NCBI RefSeq assembly: GCF_006345805.1
Contig: NW_021836745.1
Span: 1 to 22,716, forward strand
Length of the DNA stretch: 22,716 bases
Source of the DNA: Octopus sinensis
Lineage: Eukaryota
Reading direction: 5' to 3'
Below, piece after piece: positions 11,057 to 20,789 of this stretch. The notes below the pieces were generated by a model. It saw only the letters and a list, made by a program, of their open reading frames with translations. It ran no database searches and had not been told where the DNA came from. Position 1 is the first letter of the stretch. Every line of letters begins with the position of its first letter. Position numbers and translations under genes: made by a program.

Positions 11057-11446
11057 AGACATAAGAGAACGAAGATTGGCATTGGTTAGGCAAGATTTTG
11101 CAGGAAGGAGCGTTCAAGTTGCAGTAGTGTTCTAAGATTGTGTAACCACGAGTCATGTCAACACCACCCAGTGTACCGGGTATGGAAGGGGGCAGGCGAG
11201 AAGGAGGAAAAGAAGTAGAGAATGAGAGGAAGGAAAGGTGGAAGAAGAAGAAGACGAAGAAAGAGAGGATGATGGTGGTGGCGGGGAGGAAGAGAAGGAC
11301 GACACGACGATGATGATGAAAATAATATGCTATCTTCATATTGGAGAAAGTAAAATAAACCGGATGTCACAAGATAATTTTCCCTACACACAACAACGAC
11401 TATATGTAATACATAACTGCAAGCAGTGGAATCCTTAAAACAGAAT

Positions 11447-11494
11447 GTGTGTATATATATATACACATACATATATACATACACCTATATACAT

Positions 11495-11542
<48 letters not shown>

Positions 11543-11753
11543 TTAAACTATATATATATATATGTATGATATATATATACATATATAAATACTATAAATA
11601 CATACATATATGTATAAACATATATATGTGGTGTATATATGCATGTATATGTATGTTTTCTATATATCTATATATATATATATATATATAATATATATAT
11701 ATATGCGCCTTAACTAATAGATTAAGAAGACAATATAGTTTCTGGATAATAGC

Positions 11754-11785
<32 letters not shown>
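11447..11785. repeat. (TA)n tract followed by short (AAT)n
   Basis: Directly visible. Confidence 0.9.
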
Positions 11786-11787
<2 letters not shown>

Positions 11788-11815
11788 TCGGAAAAAAAAA
11801 CAAGACAGTTCTTTG

Positions 11816-11934
11816 AAAACTACGCCATTGAAAAATAATCCGGTCTGATCGATACCGAGTAGTTATATAGAATCAGAGGAGAGAGCTACGACTTTCAAAA
11901 AATATTAGATGCATTTTGTGAAATCCATTTTTTA
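11816..11934 (+). repeat. Unclassified ~120-bp dispersed repeat, copy 2
   Basis: See 8035-8154. Confidence 0.65.
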
Positions 11935-12395
11935 AAAACGAATCGAAGTACATCAAATATAATAACTGGTTAGAAGAAGAACTGTATGCCAACAATAGAA
12001 TGCGAAAGAAGCATAAAAAAAGACTTCGAAAATACGCCATCTTCTCCAAGATATTTTTGACATGATTCTATAAAACGTAGGATACTAGAACATTTTGAGT
12101 TAAGAGACAGTATGCGAAAATATGCATGGTTATCGTCTGGTATGTTTTACTGCAATATAATACGACGTCCAAGTACAAAATTATGAAGTATAATTATGAC
12201 CATTTAAAGAAAAAAAATGAGCTGAGAGTAGTAACTCGAAATGGTCTGTGGAATGTATTTGAATAGCATACACATATAGAGGTATGGCAACATCAAATCT
12301 TGGTTTAGTAAAATTATTTCCACCGCCGGTAGATGTGTCATGATTAACAAATTGCAATTAAGAGTTGCTACTTTCACGCAAAGGCGATAATACTG

Positions 12396-12463
12396 GGTTC
12401 AAATTTTAGCAGAAGACCAGTAATTCCGGAAAAGGGTTGAAGTCGATTACATCACTCCCAGTG
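12396..12463 (-). mobile_element. 3' fragment of SINE group C, tail type 2
   Basis: ggttcaaattttagcagaagacc...agtcgattacatcactcccagtg is approximately the reverse complement of cactggggtcgatgtaatcgact...ggatttgtgctaaaatctgaaacc (18885-18953). Confidence 0.6.
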
Positions 12464-12472
12464 AAGTCTATT

Positions 12473-13061
12473 ACTTAAGGTATTTTAATATGCTGCCACA
12501 TTTTCTTCTGTAAAATTTTTTTCTGTAAAAAAGTTTCATCCTATATTAGTAGTAGACTTATTACTATTCGCTATATGGACTAGTAACCAGCATAAGCTGT
12601 AGTGGGGGAACAGTTCACACGTGTGCTGAGGCTGACCAAGGGATTTTATTTTAAGATATATCTGGGGTACTTGTATGTACTCATGATTTTTGCTTCAGCT
12701 TTTTTCCATGGGCGCATGTAAGTATTTCATTTATGTCTTTTCGTATTTACTATTGAAGAGGAAAAAATCTATTAAGAGATTAATTCCGAAATTGATTCAA
12801 TATAGAAATAACGAATTTTAAAAAATAATTCTTTTGGCCAGCTCTCCCCGATTTCAGCTCTATGTGTTTTCTGTAGCGAGTAAATAATATGTGGAAATTG
12901 ACGATTTAAAAGTCTGTTATCAGCATTTTGGCATAGAAATGATTTTCTTTAGCCCTTATTTATAAGTTGTTTATAATTTTAAACTTAACGGTATTTTAAT
13001 ATGCTGCCACATTTTCTGATGAAATTTTTTTGTAAAAAAGTTTCATATATATTAGTAGTAG
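12473..13061 (+). repeat. ~80-bp direct repeats (12473-12555 and 12983-13061) bracketing ~430 bp of unique-looking DNA
   Basis: Both copies read acttaa(c)ggtattttaatatgctgccacattttct...aaatttttt...tgtaaaaaagtttcat..tatattagtagtag. Confidence 0.85.
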
Positions 13062-13068
13062 TAGTAAG

Positions 13069-13120
<52 letters not shown>

Positions 13121-13121
<1 letters not shown>

Positions 13122-13322
13122 GGTGCTGTGCTGAAACATTCCTGGCAGGAGGAACAGTTAATTATGATTTTATTCTTCATGTTCCCTTCTTAGATTCACA
13201 CACTTATTGCAGCGGTCCATCAATTTTTTCTAAGACCTGTAAAAGAACTCGAAAGGTTGGGACTCCAGTCAAGCCTTTCACGATACCCTTAAAGCCAGGA
13301 ACTGTTGCAATCCCCCGCCTCG
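13121..13322 (-). mobile_element. Mariner-derived MITE / internally deleted element
   Basis: TA on both sides. Degenerate TIRs cg...tgaaacattcctggc and gccaggaactgttgca...cg. The minus strand encodes KKLMDRCNKCVNLRREHEE-stop, like the mariner C-terminus KL..RW.KCV...G.Y.E. Confidence 0.7.
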
Positions 13323-13536
13323 TATATATTTCTGTGTGTTCGGGTACGCTTGCTTTTGTGTGGATAGACCACTACAGCCACCTTCAGCACCGATTCCACC
13401 ACCGATAACAACAACACTAACATATTCTTCGTCATTATTATCATCGTTGTAAGTCGTTGTCGTAGTCCTCCCCTCCTCCCCCTCCTCATCTTCATCTTCT
13501 TCGTCTCCACTACCACCTCAACCGCTGGCATTTGCC

Positions 13537-13650
13537 TACTATCATCATTATCATCATCATCATCATCATCATCATCGCAATCATCATCATCATCATCATC
13601 CTCATCAGCATCACCATCACCATCATCATCATCATCATCATCATCACCAA

Positions 13651-13687
<37 letters not shown>

Positions 13688-13759
13688 GTCATCATCACCA
13701 TCATCATCATCATCATCATCATCATCACCATCCCTCATCATCATCATCATCATCATTAC

Positions 13760-13800
<41 letters not shown>

Positions 13801-13891
13801 CCATCACCCTCATCATCATCATTATCACCTTCATCACCACCACCACAATCATCACCATCATCATCACCATCATCATCATCATCATCATCAT

Positions 13892-13923
<32 letters not shown>

Positions 13924-14090
13924 TCATTATCATCCAAGTCATTAAAATCGTCTTCATGATCATCGTTGACAAAGTAATTCACACCACCAGCCCCACCACC
14001 AGCCCCACCACCACCAACAACAAGAAATACAACAACAACAACAAAGACACCAGCGATGACAACAGTGACAGCAACAACAACAGCAACCCA
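13537..14090. repeat. Long (ATC)n array grading into (ACC)/(AAC)
   Basis: Directly visible. Confidence 0.95.
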
Positions 14091-14135
14091 ACCCGACCAT
14101 CGTGATTCGTTCTCCTCTCTCGGCACCGTCTCTCA

Positions 14136-14411
14136 CGACGACGCCATATTGCATCGGCTCTTAATATTACAACCATCAATCCTGGAAGATGTCGATATGT
14201 CAGTGTTGAGGATTGTTGGGACGGACGCCATGTTTAAAATACCATCCCACAATCGCTTATTCATCTGTTCACGCGTCAACTGATTAGCGTAGTCATGCGC
14301 ACAAAGTACCGGATATGACGTTTACTTTGTCCGACATTGAAACGATAAAGAGATTTTCAAGTTTGCAACGCGGCTTTCATTAAACAACTCAGGCTGAAGA
14401 ACGGCCATGTT
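14136..14411. promoter_or_regulatory. CpG-rich island with YY1-, NRF1-half- and ETS/CRE-like motifs
   Basis: cgccatatt 14142, cgccatgtt 14226, ggccatgtt 14403, catgcgca 14294, accggatatgacgt 14308-14321. Motif matching only. Confidence 0.3.
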
Positions 14412-14447
14412 TGTGTGTGTGAATGTGGTTGCGTATGTATATATATA

Positions 14448-14496
<49 letters not shown>

Positions 14497-14655
14497 TATA
14501 ATATATATATATATATATGTATATGTATGTGTTTATGTGTATGTGTGTTAGTATGTGCATATTGTGCTTTATGTGTTGTGTGTGTGTATGGTGTGTTATA
14601 TGAATGCGTGTGTTGAGGCGCGTTTTTGCCTAAATCTTATTTGTATCTCTCTATG

Positions 14656-14713
<58 letters not shown>

Positions 14714-15390
14714 TGTCTCCCTTCATCACACACACACAATGTCTCCCTTCATCACACACACACTATCAACATTGGACGGATGTATACACATGCATATGTA
14801 TCTAAAGACAGAAATTTAATAATGATCGTATATATAGACATGCGTGTGTCTCTCTATATATATCTATGTAATTATGTGCGTTTGTGCATAGCTGTGTGTG
14901 TGTGTATGTATGTATATATACACGTACACACGCAAGGATAGTGAATGGTGCGTGAATACCCCACTTAAGTGCTAGAGTGTATAAGATGTACCGAAATGTA
15001 TATAGGTATGCAAAAAGTGCGATAATAAATACTAGATATATATATATATATATGATATATATATATATATTATCTATATATAATATATCTTATATATATA
15101 TATACTTAGATGTACTTACATATATATATAATATATACACGTATACATATATATGTATATATACATCTACACACACACACACTAACACACACACACACAC
15201 ACATACACACACACACATACACACACACACACACACACACCACACACACATATATATATATATATATATAGACAGTTTAGATAGATAGATGTACATAAAC
15301 TTAGGCATAAACAGAGATAGACGAATATACAAAGGAGCACACACAGATATATACACATACCCACACACACACACATGTGTACTAGTACAC
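14412..15390. repeat. Mosaic of (GT)/(TA)/(CA) microsatellites
   Basis: Directly visible; includes a 26-nt-period duplication atgtctcccttcatcacacacac at 14713 and 14739. Confidence 0.85.
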
Positions 15391-15437
15391 ACGTCGACTG
15401 TGAAAGTGAAGGAGCGTTGGGCGAAAGACTTTGAAGC

Positions 15438-15786
15438 GAGAGAGAGGGTGGAGAAAGAGAGATAGAGAGAGAAGAGAGAGAAACAGACAGACAGATTGAC
15501 AGACGGAGACAGCGACAGAGAGTGAGAAATAGATAGATAGTCAGAGAAGTACACGGATAAATAGATGGAAAGGTAGATAGAGGTAGAGGGTGAGAAAAAG
15601 AGAGTGAAAGAGAGAGAGAGAGGGGGAGCGGGGAAAGGGGAGAGAGAAGCAGACGTGTGATAAATATGATTGTTAGGTGAAAATCTAAACTGACAGAGAG
15701 ACGAACGGCGAAACGAATAGATATACAGACAGACAGACAAACAGACAGGCAGACAGATTGGCACGCAGGCGTGCAGGCATGCAGGC
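15438..15786. repeat. (GA)/(GACA)/(GATA)/(GGCA) purine-rich tract
   Basis: Directly visible. Confidence 0.8.
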
Positions 15787-15919
15787 CGCTCGTCAGTGTG
15801 GTGAGAGGTATTTGCATTGCAATTTTCACGCCTCATCGCTATACGGTCTATCATTCTGCTTTCCTGAACAATTTGCCGTGAAAAGATCCGAGTGTTAAAA
15901 AGAGGCTGGTGAAAGAGAA

Positions 15920-15942
15920 GGGGGGCCAGGGCGGGTCTGGGG
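15920..15942 (+). other. Canonical G-quadruplex-forming motif
   Basis: GGGGGG-cca-GGG-c-GGG-tct-GGGG: four G-runs with 1-3-nt loops. Confidence 0.6.
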
Positions 15943-16685
15943 TGGAGTGAGGTTGGTTGATGTGGAGGGGGTGGGGTGGTTAAAGCGAAAAAGGAGGTGA
16001 AATAGGAAGGAGGGTGAGGATGAGAAGGACAGCCTTTGATTCGAGGTGAAATGAGAGAGAGATATGAATAGAGATCGATAGAAGCAGTGTGTGTGTGTGT
16101 GTGTTTGTGTGTGTGTGGTGTGTGTGTGTGTGTGAATGTGTGAATGATCAATGTATAAAGATAGATATATAGGTCTTTATTGGTTGGGTCCTCATGATGG
16201 GGCTGAGGAAATCTGGCCTTCGGAGAATATTCGAATTCGTGAATTTGATACTCAAACCGTTGCAAACCAGCGAAAATACTTTTATCGCTGTATTGCGTGT
16301 TCATTTCTTTTTTTCCATCCGTGATTTTATTTTTCATATTCTATGTAAATGAAGATATTTCCTTCGTTTTGCTGCTTTTCTTTCTATGAGAAATAAGAAG
16401 ATACATAACGGAACTGTTATTTTAAAGAGTTGTGTCTATTTATCACTCGATGCGAAACATCTGCACCACCGGATGCTCCTGAACCAGCTGTTGATTGTCA
16501 CATACCTGAGGGGTCAATGCTAGATGTGTCGAAATAGTTATCGGGATTAATAATAAATTCTCGTATGTTCCATCTTCAGTCTTTCATTTGCCATATACAT
16601 AACGATCACTGTCAAAGTGACCGTGCTTACCATAAGCTAACGGTGAAAAACCATTCGTGTGATCATCTAATGTATATATATATAT

Positions 16686-16735
<50 letters not shown>

Positions 16736-16937
16736 GGTGTGTTTGTGTGTGTGTGTATGATGTATATGCTAAATTGCTAAATAAGCTTATCATGAAAATA
16801 CATTTTGTGACGGTTATACCGGTTTCTGTCTTTTCTGACTTTTTCAACTAGGAGTAAAACAAAGATTGATATTCATTAAGAAGATGAAGAATTAAATTGA
16901 AGAAAAAATCAGTTTGAATGAGTTATAAATATAGATA

Positions 16938-17175
16938 TTGGGTTGGTGTATAATTATTGCGGCTTTTTTACAACAAATTTTATTCAACAAAAACTGTAAC
17001 AATATGTAACAAAACATCATTAAATGACGATCTGACCGTCTACCAAGCAAATGGGAAGCAGTAATTGAAGTAGATGGTGAATATGCTCCGAAATAATCAT
17101 TTAAAAATGTTTTTGTTGCATGTTGTTATTGTTTTTGTTCCCCCAAAAAGCCCCAAAGAGTATGCCCTAATCCAA
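16938..17175 (+). mobile_element. Mariner (Hsmar1/cecropia-like TIR) internally deleted element, 238 bp
   Basis: Left TA + ttgggttggtgtataattattgcggcttttt. The reverse complement of the right end, attggattagggcatactctttggggcttttt, matches 24/32 by hand. 17034-17096 encodes DRLPSKWEAVIEVDGEYAPK-stop, the mariner C-terminal L..RW..VI...GEY motif. Confidence 0.85.
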
Positions 17176-17619
17176 TCAATCAAATATATATATATATATA
17201 TATATATTATATAATATATATATATATAATATATATATATAATATGCCCGCATGCCTGGGGGTCTGGCTTTATTCGGGCGTACGTCTGGGCGTGTGCGTG
17301 TGTGCCTGTGGATTCGCATGCGCCCGCACCGCGATAGTCTTTTCCATCAATCTTTCGGTTGCGAAGTGTGTCCTTGCATGCATATATATACACACATATA
17401 AACATATAAACACACATATAAACCCCTACATTTGTACACACACGCACATACATACTGCCTGCTACTAGCATTGATCCACCACACACACACATACACACAC
17501 ACGCACACACTCACACACACACCCTTGTCATCTCGCACACCTTTTTTACCATTTCTTCTTAGATTCAGCTCTCATGTTTTTAAAAAACATTTTCCTCCAT
17601 TTTTACCACTTCCGTCCTT

Positions 17620-17815
17620 TTAGTATGTGACCTCGTGAATACTACCTGCAATTTTTTTCCTCTCTCCTCCTGTCTCGGGATCTTTCTTTCTCCTATGTTT
17701 CCGACGAAGAGTTCCGCTCGAAATGTCAAACCCTTCTTCTCCTTCTTTCCTGAGCGTCCAATAATACTTTATTTGTTCCACGTCCTTGCGTTGTTGTCTT
17801 TTAGTTTTCTTGTTG
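17620..17815 (+). mobile_element. Probable Penelope-like element terminal-repeat fragment
   Basis: Pyrimidine-rich segment centred on the hammerhead-like motif at 17697-17731. Assignment rests on the known link between PLE termini and minimal hammerheads; boundaries approximate. Confidence 0.45.
17697..17731 (+). ncRNA. Degenerate minimal type I hammerhead ribozyme-like motif
   Basis: gttt (stem I) - CCGACGA (vs CUGANGA) - a - gagt tcc gctc (stem II, one G-U) - GAAA tg TC - aaac (stem I'). It deviates at core U4 and in the ACGT palindrome, so it is likely inactive. Confidence 0.45.
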
Positions 17816-17820
17816 GAGTA

Positions 17821-17870
<50 letters not shown>

Positions 17871-17871
17871 G

Positions 17872-17992
17872 ATTAGTGAATTGAAGAAGATTGAACAGAA
17901 ATCGTTTTATTGCATCGTTCGAAACACGTGTAGAATGCAATAAAACGATTTCTGTTCAATCTTCGTTCAACTCCATTCTTCAATTCACTAAT
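17872..17992. repeat. Long inverted repeat: perfect 30-bp inner stem + 14-bp outer stem, 19-nt loop, 14-nt bulge
   Basis: 17886-17915 is the exact reverse complement of 17935-17964. 17872-17885 pairs with 17979-17992. 17965-17978 is unpaired. Confidence 0.97.
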
Positions 17993-18175
17993 AATATTAA
18001 AATTCAATTATCGCATCAACGCACGGTTGACAAACACCATATGGTTGTACCTCAAACGTGCTGTCTTCTGCTGTGATTTTTGCTACCAAGGTATCGGTTA
18101 AAACTTTTGTTTAATCTGCAACAAGATTATTCATCTTTCTATTTCACAATATATTTAAATATATATATATATATA

Positions 18176-18417
18176 AGTACAGGAGTGGCTGAATGGTAAA
18201 ATGCTTGCTTCCCAACCACATAGTTCCGGGTTCAGTCCGATGACGTGGCACCTTGGGCAGCTGTCCTCTACTTTAGCATTTATATAAATATATATATATA
18301 CATGTGTGTGTGTGTGTGAGCATGTGCCTGTGTTTGACCTCCCATCGTTTCACAACTTGTTTTGGTGATTTTACGTTCCCGTAACTTAGCAGTACGGAAA
18401 AAGTGATCGATAGAATA
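18176..18417 (+). mobile_element. SINE group B with internal (TA)/(TG) microsatellite
   Basis: caggagtggctgaatggtaa...gggttcagtcc...ggcaccttgggcagctgtc, homologous to 2628-2730. After the microsatellite, 18323-18417 resembles the recalled 3' part (ttacgttcccgtaacttagc...gatagaata). Confidence 0.7.
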
Positions 18418-18479
18418 TATGTGTGTCTCTGTGTGTATATATATATATATGTGTGTGTGTATATGTGTGTGTGTGTGTC

Positions 18480-18520
<41 letters not shown>

Positions 18521-18565
18521 GTGTGTGTGTGTGTATTTATACACACACTTACACACACATGTATA

Positions 18566-18660
18566 GCGAGGGTGGATAGTTTAGTGGTTACCGTTTTACC
18601 GTTATGATTTCGCGATTATTGTTTCGACTTCCGGAGCGAGCGTTGCATTGTTCTTGAGTT
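18566..18660 (+). mobile_element. Highly diverged SINE group D head
   Basis: ttagtggtt, gtttcgacttccgga, ttgttcttgag in the same order as 9729-9820. Confidence 0.4.
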
Positions 18661-18759
18661 GGCGAAAACTGTATTAGATATAACAGACTGGTCATTCCCC
18701 TCAAAATTGCGGGCATTTTCCCAATATTAAAAATGAATTATTAATATCATTTTTAGCTT

Positions 18760-18953
18760 AGACGGTGATGTTGCAGAACAGTTGGCGCACCGCTCAAAAT
18801 GCATGACAAAATTTCGCTTGTTCTTACGTTCTGTATTTGGCATTTCATCCTTTCAAGGTCAATGAAATAAGTACCAGTTTTCAACACTGGGGTCGATGTA
18901 ATCGACTGACCCGCAAATCTGATATTTCAGGATTTGTGCTAAAATCTGAAACC
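18760..18953 (+). mobile_element. SINE group C, tail type 2, followed by (TTA)n tail
   Basis: ttacgttctg, tttcatcctttcaaggtcaatgaaataagtaccagtt and cactggggtcgatgtaatcgact are shared with 9496-9716; the 3' end differs. Confidence 0.75.
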
Positions 18954-18957
18954 ATTG

Positions 18958-19019
<62 letters not shown>

Positions 19020-19039
19020 GTTGTTATTATTATTATTAA

Positions 19040-19080
<41 letters not shown>

Positions 19081-19085
19081 GATTA

Positions 19086-19116
<31 letters not shown>

Positions 19117-19118
19117 CA
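18954..19118. repeat. (ATT)n microsatellite, left flank of inserted element
   Basis: Directly visible. Confidence 0.95.
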
Positions 19119-19650
19119 TTGAGTGAGAGAGCAGTTCATGCCATCAAAGTGACACTGGGGTGAAATATACGAAGCCCAATATACCATCATGACTACCCAT
19201 CTGATAAAGGTACACCAGGCACATGCATCACAACCATATGTGCGCGACATGGTGATCTCATATCAAGATAAACAGCACATGACCTTGCAGGTGGGGCCCA
19301 GTTAGAATTTTCTTCAGGTTGAGTAGCCCACCCGCTCAAACGGTCCCTGAATAAGGGTTGTTTAAGGATGTTGAAAGAACCACCCATGTTTCCAGAGGTG
19401 AACTATTCAAACCCCAAAAATCCCTCTCAACACATGGCTATGATGCTACCCCACTACTTCTGCTCGTGATCAGAGATGCACATATCGTCAGCCACTAAGG
19501 GACATGCTCAACTGCTTAAGGTCAAACAACTGACAAGCAAATCTGTGGTATTGAGCAGAATATTTGCTGTAGCCCATCTTTTATACCAAGACAAAACAAT
19601 GTACATGATAACACTTCCAATCAGTTAAGATCAGAAGCCATGAGAGCCAC
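19119..19650 (-). mobile_element. Unidentified ~530-bp element inserted within (TAA)n, probably the 3' end of a microsatellite-targeting retroelement
   Basis: Complex, microsatellite-free sequence with sharp borders and (ATT)n immediately on both sides. No recognisable ORF or Pol III boxes. Strand is inferred from (TAA)n polarity. Confidence 0.6.
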
Positions 19651-19670
19651 ATTATTATTATTAATTATTA

Positions 19671-19742
<72 letters not shown>

Positions 19743-19749
19743 TATTATT
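19651..19749. repeat. (ATT)n microsatellite, right flank
   Basis: Directly visible. Confidence 0.95.
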
Positions 19750-19796
19750 TGATATAATCGTAGTTGTGGTAGTCGTAGTAGCAACAGCATCAGCAA

Positions 19797-19980
19797 GTGG
19801 AGGCACAATGGCCCAGTGGTTAGAGCAGCGGACTCGCTGTCGTAAGAACGCCGTTTCGATTCCCAGACCGGGCATTGTGAATGTTTATTGAACAAATATA
19901 CCTGAGCTCCAAGAGAATTCGGCGGTGGGGTTGTGAACCCTGCTGTACTCTTTCACCACAACATCTCTCACTCTTTCTTC
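19797..19980 (+). mobile_element. SINE group A head and body, alternative or truncated 3' end
   Basis: gtggaggcacaatggcccagtggttagagcagcggactcgc...ttcgattcccagaccggg...tctctcactctttcttc, after which homology to 842-1152 stops. Confidence 0.8.
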
Positions 19981-20789
19981 CTACTTCTTCCACAAAGTAG
20001 GGGAACCATGGTGTAACACCCTATGGTGTGGTAAACTTTCAGACCCTAGTCTAGATTGCAAATCCTCTGTACCCCAGGATGGTTCAGCTCTCCACCCGTT
20101 AAAAGCCACCGTTTACGGAATGATGATAACAACGTAACTTCCGCACCCGTGCAACCACCAGTCTATCGCATGTGGTGGGTGGATCTTCAAGTTGCCACGC
20201 GAATTTTTAGTAGCTTAGAGTAGGCTCGAATTAGAGATTATTCTTTGTAGCTAATGGCGTGAGTCCTGATCGGAAGAAGAAGAAGAAGACTGAATCAACA
20301 GTAACAATAGTGTAAGATTAGTCAAGAAAATGTCGCGTTGTATTAGATAATAAAGGTGAGCTGCTATGTGGGTAGATAGACAATCAGGTGAGCTGGCTGT
20401 TAGGCGATCCGTCAGGATGGTGGGCTGGCTGGTAGGTAGGTTTGTAGGCAAGTATTGCAGTGTATTGAAGTGAAACGCAGTGATATGCTGTTCCTGTAAT
20501 TTGTGACTGTAAGTGATAACACGGATATGAGAATAAGAACGAGTGCGGATATTACACTGATAATCTCATTGTTTGCACGGAACTATTCATCCTTGATATT
20601 TACAATAACAACAACTTCGACAACAAGAACAACAGCAAAAACAAAGACAGCAACGGTAGCAGAGGCTGCAGCAGCGTACGGCGGACAACTGCCAAATCAA
20701 CGCTGTTCAGGATTCCACGTTAAAGTTAAATATCAACTTAAAGATAAAATACGAGTGTTTGTAATAATATACTTCTACTCAGTTTTTAT

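Noticed and set aside
12250-12275. miRNA-like starts: tggaatgta (miR-1), aggcaagat at ~11088 (miR-31), accctgtag at ~6496 (miR-10)
   Set aside because: Only the first 8-9 nt match; the remainder differs and there is no precursor hairpin.
15090-16337. Longest ORF (415 aa, minus strand)
   Set aside because: It is mostly translation of CT/GT/TA microsatellites that lack stops; no domain is recognisable.
16625-16650. Minus-strand 6-nt microexon-like pattern tttttcaccgttag|cttatg|gtaagc (also 8-nt cag|gcaagcca|gtgagt at 5173-5180)
   Set aside because: Such patterns are expected by chance in 45 kb of both strands and there is no gene context; RNA-seq junctions would be needed.
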